A stretch of DNA of 64,000 bases from Caldilineales bacterium (GTDB lineage Bacteria; Chloroflexota; Anaerolineae; JAAEKA01): NCBI GenBank assembly GCA_041391245.1, contig JAWKOJ010000016.1:50607-114606 (forward strand). The letters are read 5' to 3'. Below the pieces are notes generated by a model. The model was not told where the DNA came from and did not search any database. It worked only from the letters and a program-made list of their open reading frames with translations. Of this stretch, positions 1 through 8,600 are shown piece after piece; positions within the stretch are counted from its first letter, which is position 1, and each line of letters starts with the position of its first letter. The position numbers and the translations under genes were made by a program.

Positions 1-1006
1 CCTTCGCAAACAGAACTGGATGGAAGCTGTGGCCTGGCTGGAAGCCAGTTTGGCCGACGACACCCCGCCGGAGTCCGGTAACCCATCGGGCAAACGCCCA
101 CGTCCTACTCGCTCAGGCGTACATTGGCCGTCGGAAAATGATGATCCGGCACTTGCCGATCAGCATGAAGGCTGCAAGGCAATCCTTAGCCGCATCGGGG
201 CAAAATGGGCGGACGTGCACTTCCCGCACAAACCGCCTGTTAGCATCGCCGATGCCAAAATCGCAACACCTGGTCAACCTCTTTGTACGCAAAGTGGAGA
301 ACAACTCGATGATTGACAATTCACGTTCAATGGAGGGTGAAATGGATGATTTCTTGTCCGCGAATAAGGCGTACGTGTCATTTCTCTTGATCAGCCTGGC
401 GGAGCATCGGCAGATCAGGCGGCATGATGTAGTCAAGCGAACTATGCAGTCAGGTGGTCCACAGTTGTTAGAATAGATGGAAGCGACATGGTGCTTGCGG
501 CAGTCGTAACAAGTGCCACTGATAGTACCGCCATGGTGATAAACGCCATTCAAAGCCTTGTACCCAAATATCAGCGCCATTGCTGGAGTTGTCAGCGTGT
601 CTACCTGCTCCAGGTGGATTGAGTGATGAAAACGTTTGGCAACTGGAGCGTACTTGAATCTGCGTGAGCGTCGGTCGAGTAGCGATTGAGCGTGCACAGG
701 ACGGCTGGCCATAAACCGACCAGTACCTGATCCGTGCAACTGGTGGTCGGCTGTGATACTTTCACCAAGGACTGGCGGTCCTGTTCAGGGCTGCCAGTCT
801 TGCCATGCCCGCTTGTCCTGGCGCCCCCATGGGTCAAAGATCTGAGTGCATGAAAACCATCCCTTGTGCGTTCAACTGAATAGGCGTCGGCGCTGCGCGG
901 CGACATCACCTTCTTCGTGCCGAACTCTGCGACCCGCTCTGAACCGAAGGCACACGGCCACATCGACCAGCCGTGAGCGGTTGATCAAGACAACTACCAG
1001 GTACCA

Positions 1007-1687
1007 ATGACCCGCCACAATCTCCTGCGCCAGACATCCCTCTTCGCCGGCCTGACGGACGAGGAACTACGGACGCTGGCTCTCGATCTGCACCGCCACA
1101 CCTTCGCAGCCGGCGTCATCCTCTTCCACCGCGGCGCGCCGGGCAACACGCTCTACCTGATGGAGTCGGGCCGCGTGCGCATCTTCCTCCTCAGCGACGA
1201 GGGCCAGGAGATCACCCTCAACTTCCACGGCCCTGATGACTGCTTCGGCGAGCTGGCCTTGCTGGACGGCATGCCGCGCTCGGCCGGGGCAATCACGCTG
1301 GAGCCGACGGTGGTCTACACGCTGCACCGCGACGACTTCCTGCGCCACCTGCACGCCCATCCCCACATCACTGAGAGCATCCTCGCCATGCTCAGCCAGC
1401 GGCTGCGCCAGTTGACCGACTACACCGAGACGCTGGCCTTTTTGGATGTCTACGACCGGGTGGCTGCCAAGCTGCTCGATCTTGCCGGGCGCTACGGCGT
1501 GGCAGGCGACGGCATCCTCATCGATCTGCCGCTGACGCAGGGCGAGCTTGCCACCTGGGTGGTCGCCAGCCGCGAGCGGGTCAACAAGGCGCTGGGCATG
1601 CTGCGCGACCGCGGCCTGATCGACGTGGACGGCAAGCAGATCACCATCCTCGACCCCCAGGGCCTGCGCCGCCAGATCTATCACTGA
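1007..1687 (+). CDS. Crp/Fnr-family transcription factor (cNMP-binding domain plus C-terminal HTH), paralog 1
   Basis: 226-aa ORF. cNMP-binding signature FGELALLDGMPRSA and C-terminal HTH SRERVNKALGMLRDRGLI. Same length as, and clearly paralogous to, the 17437..18117 ORF. Confidence 0.9.
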   Translation: MTRHNLLRQTSLFAGLTDEELRTLALDLHRHTFAAGVILFHRGAPGNTLYLMESGRVRIFLLSDEGQEITLNFHGPDDCFGELALLDGMPRSAGAITLEPTVVYTLHRDDFLRHLHAHPHITESILAMLSQRLRQLTDYTETLAFLDVYDRVAAKLLDLAGRYGVAGDGILIDLPLTQGELATWVVASRERVNKALGMLRDRGLIDVDGKQITILDPQGLRRQIYH

Positions 1688-1714
1688 AACATTTATTGGG
1701 GGAATCGAACAAAG

Positions 1715-1730
1715 TGTGACGAAGGTCACG
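1715..1730 (+). promoter_or_regulatory. CRP-type box TGTGA-N6-TCACG
   Basis: Read directly as TGTGACGAAGGTCACG, between the Crp gene stop (1687) and the small ORF start (1829). Confidence 0.4.
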
Positions 1731-1737
1731 GCCTTGC

Positions 1738-1753
1738 TGTGACGGCATTCATA
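1738..1753 (+). promoter_or_regulatory. CRP-type box TGTGA-N6-TCATA, extended TCATAGCG
   Basis: TGTGACGGCATTCATA followed by GCG. The same half-sites and GCG extension recur at 16798..16813. In both loci 21 nt separate the box from a weak -10-like hexamer (TATCCT at 1775..1780). Confidence 0.45.
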
Positions 1754-1828
1754 GCGCCGGCGCGCTGCGCGTGATATCCTTTGACTAGATGATCGGTCCC
1801 GCAACCTAGTTTCAAAGGAGGCAACACC

Positions 1829-2212
1829 ATGTCACAGCAAGCAGTCGAGATATTGATTGGAAGAGCGGTGGCGGAAGATGAGTTCCGTGCCACACTGTTG
1901 AGCGATCCGGATGCGGCGCTGGCCGGCCACGACCTGACCGGCTCCGAGAGCGCAGCCCTGAAGGCCATGGACGTCGAGGCCCTGGTAGATTACGCCGGAA
2001 CGCTGGATCAGCGGATCTCCAAGTCCATCGCTATCGGCCCCATGTTCGAAGACGGCACCTGGGTGCCCGACCTCAATCCTGACACCCGGTGTCCGCCAAC
2101 GCCGCCCGTCTCTGGCAGATGCGGCACTACTCCGCCGGCTTCTGATCTGAGACCACTTGCAGCGGCGGGTTGCCAAGTCAGGCAGCCCGCCGCTGTCTTG
2201 TTCCCAACGTGA
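1829..2212 (+). CDS. Small leader-peptide-like protein P1 (NHLP/Nif11-leader-like helical N-terminus)
   Basis: ATG preceded by AAGGAGG. N-terminus AVEILIGRAVAEDEFRATLLSDPDAALAGHDLTGSESAAL is shared with three other small ORFs in the window. The Pro/Thr/Cys-rich C-terminal half has weaker codon bias, so the true end is uncertain. Confidence 0.6.
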   Translation: MSQQAVEILIGRAVAEDEFRATLLSDPDAALAGHDLTGSESAALKAMDVEALVDYAGTLDQRISKSIAIGPMFEDGTWVPDLNPDTRCPPTPPVSGRCGTTPPASDLRPLAAAGCQVRQPAAVLFPT

Positions 2213-2228
2213 CGCCAGGAGATCCACC

Positions 2229-2480
2229 ATGTCACAACACACCGTGCAAGCCGTCATTGGCAAGGCGATCACCGACACGTTGTTCCGCCAAAGCATGTTT
2301 GCCGATCCTGCGGCGACCCTGGCAAGCTATGAGCTTACGCCCGAAGAGATGGACGGCCTGCGCGGATCGACTTCGAGACAATGGAGTGTTGCGCGCGTGC
2401 TGGACGACCGCATCGCCAGGGGGCGATGGTGCGACAAGTCTCTGGCGGGTTCGCACGGAGGCCAGCAGCCGGCGCAATAG
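2229..2480 (+). CDS. Small leader-peptide-like protein P2
   Basis: ATG preceded by AGGAG. TVQAVIGKAITDTLFRQSMFADPAATLASYELTPEEMDGL matches the P1/P3 pattern. Between about 2364 and 2390 the family-like residues IDFETMEC lie in another frame, suggesting two nearby indels. Confidence 0.55.
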   Translation: MSQHTVQAVIGKAITDTLFRQSMFADPAATLASYELTPEEMDGLRGSTSRQWSVARVLDDRIARGRWCDKSLAGSHGGQQPAQ

Positions 2481-2504
2481 CCGCTGTCAAAGGAGAAGTG
2501 ACCC

Positions 2505-3935
2505 GTGACCCAAACGATACCGGTGCCTCGGGCATCCGACCAGACGCCGCCGCCTGACCACCAGCCGCGCTCGCTAGACGGGAGCGCAGACGGGAAGTCA
2601 TTGGCCGCGCATCGGCCGCGGGCAGCCTCCGGCGTCGTCTGCAGCCACCTGGTGGGCCGAGACGGTCCGTACTACATCATCAGAACCGCGGACGCCCGGT
2701 CATATCATCGTCTCGATGCCCGCGATTTCTTCTTGTGGCAGCGCATGGACGGTGAGCACACAGTTGTCGATCTCGTGGTCGCGTACTTCGCCGCCTACGG
2801 CTCCTTTGCGCTGGAGCGCGTCACCGGGCTGACGTCTGCCCTGCAAACCGCCGGGTTTCTGGTGAACGAGCAGCAGCCGGGCGGTGGCCAGACGCCGGTC
2901 CGCGATCCGCGTGAGCGGGCTGCGACCGGCTGGCAGTCGTTTCTCATGAAGCAGTTTGCGGTCGGCGGAATCGACCGGCTCGTGGCGGTCCTCTATGCCC
3001 GCGGCGGTCGGCTGCTGTTCACGCGGCCGGCGCAGGTGTTGTTCGCTGCGGTCTCGCTGATCGGCGTGGCGCTATACGTCCGGCTGTGGACGTCAGCATG
3101 GCGACCTGCAGGCGGCAGCGGCGGCGCTGCCGGGGCGCTGCTGTGGCTGGTGCTGCTCAACCTGGTCTCCATCCTGCTGCACGAGCTGTCCCACGGCCTG
3201 ACGGTCAAGCACTACGGGCGGGAGGTGCGGCGGGCCGGCTTCATGATCTACTTTGGCCTGCCGGTCTTCTTCGTGGACACCACCGACATCTGGCTGGAGG
3301 GCAAGCGGGCGCGGCTGGCAGTCAGTTGGGCAGGTCCTTACTCAGGACTGATCCTGGCCGGCATCTGCGGCATCGTGCTCACGATCTGGCCGGAACTGCC
3401 CATCGGCTGGCTGCTCTTCCAGTTCGCCTTTCTCGCCCTGCTGACCGTGTTCATCAACCTCAACCCGCTGCTGGAGCTTGACGGCTACTACCTGCTGATG
3501 GACTGGCTGGAGATACCGATGTTGCGGCGCAGGTCGCTGGCATTCCTGGGCAGCGGGCTGTGGCAACGGCTGCGCGCCGGGCAGCGATGGTCGCGCGAGG
3601 ATCGCATCTTCGCCATGTTCGGGTTGCTTTCCGCGCTCTGGACCGTCTACGCAGTGGCGGTCGGCATCAGGTTCTGGCAGGGGCAACTGGCCGGCTCGCT
3701 GGACCGCCTGGCTCACAGCGCTGGCGGCGCCGACCTGCTACCTGCGCTGGCCGGGCTGCTGATCAGCCTGGTTTTCATTGCTGCTCTGGGCGTGTATCCC
3801 CTGCAACTGGCGCGGCGCGGCTTGCACCGGCTCGTCCGATTCGGCCGGACGCTCGCCGCACGACAATCCCGTCGGCCGCCAACCCCTCGCCTGACTGATC
3901 CTGGCGCAGATGTCCTGCCCCTCTCCCAACGCTGA
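2505..3935 (+). CDS. M50 (site-2-protease family) membrane metalloprotease with PqqD/RRE-like N-terminal domain
   Basis: GTG start after AAGGAGAAG. HExxH (LLHELSHGL) and NLNPLLELDGYY motifs lie within multiple hydrophobic helices. The soluble N-terminal segment YYIIRTADARSYHRLDARDFFLWQRMDGEHTVVDLV...LQTAGFLV resembles PqqD-type peptide-binding domains; this is recognition from memory. Confidence 0.8.
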   Translation: MTQTIPVPRASDQTPPPDHQPRSLDGSADGKSLAAHRPRAASGVVCSHLVGRDGPYYIIRTADARSYHRLDARDFFLWQRMDGEHTVVDLVVAYFAAYGSFALERVTGLTSALQTAGFLVNEQQPGGGQTPVRDPRERAATGWQSFLMKQFAVGGIDRLVAVLYARGGRLLFTRPAQVLFAAVSLIGVALYVRLWTSAWRPAGGSGGAAGALLWLVLLNLVSILLHELSHGLTVKHYGREVRRAGFMIYFGLPVFFVDTTDIWLEGKRARLAVSWAGPYSGLILAGICGIVLTIWPELPIGWLLFQFAFLALLTVFINLNPLLELDGYYLLMDWLEIPMLRRRSLAFLGSGLWQRLRAGQRWSREDRIFAMFGLLSALWTVYAVAVGIRFWQGQLAGSLDRLAHSAGGADLLPALAGLLISLVFIAALGVYPLQLARRGLHRLVRFGRTLAARQSRRPPTPRLTDPGADVLPLSQR

Positions 3936-4107
3936 GGGCGCGTTTTTCAATCAGGCACTGCGCAGACATCGCTCTGGCCGGTCTCCTGACCGCGCCAGCG
4001 CGCTGAAGGTGTTGATTGACGCGCTCTGACCCCCCTACTTCAAAATCACGCCGCAGCCACCGCAACCGGTTTCCCATCCACTCCTCCGAATTCCGGTCGC
4101 CGGACCA

Positions 4108-4136
4108 TTGACGCGCGAGGGTTTGTCTGATATAGT
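4108..4136 (+). promoter_or_regulatory. Sigma70-like promoter TTGACG-N17-TATAGT
   Basis: Hexamers and 17-nt spacer read directly. Lies about 255 nt upstream of the 4391 ATG. Confidence 0.35.
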
Positions 4137-4268
4137 ACAAACAGGAACACGTCGATTTCAGTCACTTTATTTGGGGCCCGAGCGGCATTGCAGGAAGGTA
4201 TCAGGTCGTAGCAAGGGTTTGAGGGAGTTGGGGACCTGACCCTCAGACAGCATGGCAGGCCCGAAAGG

Positions 4269-4289
4269 TGTTGACAAAGTGAGTCAACA
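4269..4289 (+). promoter_or_regulatory. Perfect 7-bp inverted repeat TGTTGAC-N7-GTCAACA (candidate operator)
   Basis: Read directly in the long leader upstream of the first cyclase-STAND gene. Confidence 0.3.
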
Positions 4290-4390
4290 TGGTGGAGTCA
4301 CACAGTCGCTTGCCCGCTTCCGCCGGATGACGGGCAATTCAACGCGTCCGCAGCTTCAATAACACGGCAACCGCCGCCTGGGGTAGAGCT

Positions 4391-7300
4391 ATGACATCAT
4401 TCCAGCCAGACCCGGCCACGACACCCGACATTCCGGTCGGGACTGTCACGTTTCTCTTCACCGACGTCGAAGGCTCGACACAACTGCTGGCGCGACTGCG
4501 CGACCGATACACGGAGCTGCTGGCGGAGCACCACCGACTGCTGCGCGAGATCTTCGCCCGCTGGGGTGGACGCGAGATCGGCACCCAGGGCGACTCCTTC
4601 TTCGTTGCCTTCCCCCGCGCCGGCGACGCCATCTGCGCGGTAGTCGAGGCACAGAGAGGCTTCGCGGACCACCAGTGGCCGGAGGACACCGAGGTACGCG
4701 CCGCATGGGTCTGCACACCGGCGAGCCCTGGGTGGTGGCCGAGGGCTACGTCGGCATGGACGTCCACTGCTGCCCGCATCGCCCACGCCGGCCACGGCGG
4801 GCAGGTCGCTCTCCGAGACGACCCTCGCTGGTCGCCGATGACTCCTGCGGTGTGAACCTGCTGGACCTGGGACGGCACCAGCCAGACATGCCGGCCCGAA
4901 CGCCTCCAGCAACTGGTCATCGACGGCCTGCCAGTGAGTTTCCTCCTCTCATGTCCGAGGCTCTGCCGCCCGCCTATCCCGGCAAGCTGAGCGGCAACGG
5001 CATTCGAACCGGGAGTCGGGGCAGTCCTACCGCGGGCTGGCGGCCTTTCGTGGACGACGCGCCGTTCTTCTTCGGCGCAAGACCTTCACCGAGCAGCTTG
5101 CTGCTTCAGTGCGTCAGCAAGATCTGGTGGCCGTCATCGTTGGCCCTTCCGGCTCCGGCAAGTCGTCGGTGGTTTTCGTGCTGCCGAACTGCTCCAGGAT
5201 GGTGGGTGGCTGGCGGTATCCTTGCGTCCCGGTGGCCGCCTTCCACGCTCTGGGACGCGCTGCTGCTTCATCTGGAGGGAGACCTCAGCGAAGCCGACCG
5301 TCTGATCGAGGTGGAGAAGCTGGCGCGAGCCATGGCAGCGGGCGAATTGCCTCTTCCACATCGTCTTGCGTATCCTGAACCGGCGCCCCGACGTCCAGCG
5401 CCTGCTCCTGGTCGTCGACCAGTTCGAGGAGCTGTTCACCCAGCGGCCGGATCCGGCGGAACAGCGTCAATTCTGGACGAACGCTGCGCCAGCGCGGCCC
5501 AGTCGGCCGGCTTGACCTCGCCGCTGGTGGTGTTGCTCACCCTGCGCGCGATTTATGGGCCAGGCGTGGCCACCGGCCCTTCGCCGACGCACTGCAAGAC
5601 GGCTCGCTGTTGCGGGTCCTGAACCGGGCGGAGTTGCAGGCAGTGGTCGAAAAGCCGCCGAGCGGGCGGCCTTCGAGACCGGACTGGTGTCCCGCATCTG
5701 GACGACGTGGGCGAGGAGCCGGCAACCTGCCGCTGCTGGAGTTCGCCCTGCTCTGGAGCGATGGACCGGGCTGGCTGACCCACGAAGCTACGACGCCATC
5801 GGCCGGGTGGAGGGCGCACTGGCCCGCTACGCCGAGGAGGTCTTCGAAGCGCTGCCCGAACCGCAGCAGCCTGCCGCGCAGCGCATCTTTGTCCAGTTGG
5901 TCCAGCCTGGCGAAGGAACCGAGGACACCCGGCGGGTGGCCAGCCGGGCTGAACTGGGCGACGAAAACTGGCGGTTGGTGCAGCATCTGGCCGACAAACG
6001 GCTGATAGTCACCGGCCGCGACGCGGCAGGTCAGGAAACGGTAGAGGTGGTCCACGAGGCGCTGATCCTGGGCAGCGGCGCGCGGCTGGATCGGCGCGAC
6101 GGGCTTCCGCGCTGGCAGGAGGCTGCGAGCCGCCATGCGCCAGTGGCAGGCCAACGACCGACGAGGGGCGCCGCGCGCGCCGCTGTCCGCCGAGACGCTG
6201 GCCGAACGCGGCGACGAACTCAGCCCGGCCGACGCACTTCATCGAGACAGCGTCGCTCGCCGCGAGCAGCCCGGCGTGAGCGGGCGGCGCATGATTATCG
6301 CGGCTGGCGAGTGCCTGCATCGCCCTGATCCTGCTGAGTGGCCATCTACCAGGGACCGCCACAACACGCTGAGGAGGTCCAGGCCGCTGCCGCTGAGGCG
6401 AACGTGCAAAAAGAGATCGAGGTAGCCGCCGCTACGGCCAGGCAACGCCGAGGCGAGGCCCAGGCGCGCCACCGCCCAGGCACAGACCGACCGAACGTTG
6501 CGGCGAAGAGAAGTCGGCACGCACGCCCAGGCGAACGCAGAGGCAGCGAAGTTGACGCCTGACCCAGCCAGCATCGGTTGGTTCCCAGTCGATTCAGGAG
6601 TTGCAGGTGGATTCCGGAGCGGGCACCACTTCTCGCTTGGAAGCGTTGGAGAACTACCCTACACCCGCAGGCCGAACGTGCTTGGGCCAGGCGGTCTTTT
6701 TCAACCACTTGCACACGTTCTATCCCACGAAGAGTGAACACCGCTTTCTGGTCACCGGATGTACATCGTTACGGCCACGACAAGGTAGCTCGCATATGGA
6801 CGCCGAACGGCGAGGAATTGTTCACCCTTCACCCTGAAGAAAAGGATGTGGGGGTGGGATGGTCACCAGACGGCGAACGGGGGTCATTGAAAACCTGACA
6901 ACCGGTATGGAAGCTTCGACAGGCAAACGCCTGTTTGATCTGACTGGTCACGAGGCAGCATGCATGTACCAAGTTGGTCACCCACTGGCGACCGCATACT
7001 ATCCCCAGCGACGACCAAACAGCCCGGATTTGACGCGCCACGGCGAGGAGTTGGCCGTCTTCAGGACACAACGCGACAACCTGACCTGCGGCCGTTTGCA
7101 CACCTGAATCCGCAGCCTGGTCGACGGTCATGTGGTAACCCACGACTACGCTGGGGAGGTTTTTATCTGGGATCCTGCCACTGGCGAGGAGTTGCTCCAA
7201 CTGCGTGGACATGTCGACTGGGTCAATACCGCCATGTGGGCACGACGGCCAACGGCCGCTACATCCAGCGACGACGCCACGGCAAAGATCTGGGATGCCA

Positions 7301-8565
7301 CCACCGGCGACGAATTGCTCAGTTACCTGGACCAGCGTAATAAATGCCGTCTGGTCGCCGGACAGCACAAGAGTATTGCTAACCTTCGATCTGCCTGATC
7401 CCGCCGTCATGTGGGATACATCCACTGGCGATGAAATCTTCAAATTCCGCGAGCAGATGCCGATCAAGGGAGCCGAATGGTCCGACGATGGCTCCCTGAT
7501 TGTCACATCGGACATTGACGGCAGCACCATGGTTTGGCAGTTCTCGGCAGTCTTACAATCCAGGGAAATGCTGAAGTAAATGAGACAGAATGGTCGCCCA
7601 CGTATGACCAGATACTGACCGCCAGCAGCGAGGCACTGCGAAGGTTTGGGACGTCGCAGATGAATTGACGGAGCAGTGATTCAACGATGGGCCGGGTTTC
7701 GACCGGCTGTTTCCAGCGGCGACGTACGCAGCTACGTGATGCTCGGTCAGGGTATTTGACCGAAACCGGAACGAATTGCTTTGACGCCAACACAGGAAGG
7801 TGTCCAGAAGAGTCGCATCAGTTCCGACACAGTCTCGCCGTCAGGGGAGGAGATTGGGAGTTTACTGGGGCGGAAAGCAGAACCTGGGATGCCAGGACCG
7901 GGGATCCTTTGGGAAGTGACACGCGATACCGATCTGTATGCAGGCGAATGGTCTCCGATGGAACCCGCTTTGCGCTTGGATGGGTCGAGGCGTAATCCAG
8001 GTCTATGATGCCGAACGGCCAAGAGTTGCTTTCGTACGACGGACATCCACCGGCGAAATCACCTGGATGCGCTGGTCACCGGATAGCAGCCGATTTGTGA
8101 CCACGGACAACTCGAGATCAACATTGGGAGCCCCACCGGCGAATTGTCCTTGATCCAAATCCGACAGACACATATCGAGTCACGCTGTCGCGGGTCGGCA
8201 GATGGGAGCGGCTAGGCCTCGGAGACGATGGCGTCCTCTCCATCCGGGACGCCACCACCGGAACCTTGCAGAGTATGCTGGACAAGCACAGGTGACCTGG
8301 ATCGATGTTCCCAGCACAGGATCGATCACCAGCGACAAGGGTAGATCAAGATCTGGGACGTTGAATCCGGTGCAGAAGTAGCGAGCCTCACGTTTCCTGA
8401 CATGTATATGGCGGCGTTGTCGCCTGATGGCCACCAGGTATTGGTCACGACACGCTCTGGACCGATGATCTCTTCGATATCTGGCAGTCCGCGAGGATTG
8501 ATCGACCTGGCGGAGTGCCGTCTTCCGCGACGACCCGAGAACGGCAGCAGTTCGGCTCCGCGTAG
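4391..8565 (+). pseudogene. Class III adenylate/guanylate cyclase - nSTAND1-like NTPase - WD40 repeat protein, heavily frameshifted (copy 1)
   Basis: Homologous peptide fragments are spread over all three + frames. Cyclase: GTVTFLFTDVEGST, GDSFFVAF, RMGLHTGEP, AARIAHAGHGGQV. Walker A: LVAVIVGPSGSGKSSVVF. Also QRIFVQLVQPGEGTEDTRRVASRAELG and WD40 units (SSDDATAKIWDATTGDELL, VWSPDSTRVLL). Family-typical C-terminal ERQQFG is followed by TAG at 8563. Confidence 0.75.
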
Positions 8566-8600
8566 TGAGGCCGAATAGCATCAGGGTTGTGGAGGTACAC

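Noticed and set aside
4140-4390. tmRNA, tRNA or a known riboswitch (sequence starts near GGGGCCCGAGCGG and contains CUGACCCUCAGA).
   Set aside because: I could build no tRNA-like acceptor/T-arm. The order of the TPP-like elements is wrong, and no other riboswitch core could be matched by eye.
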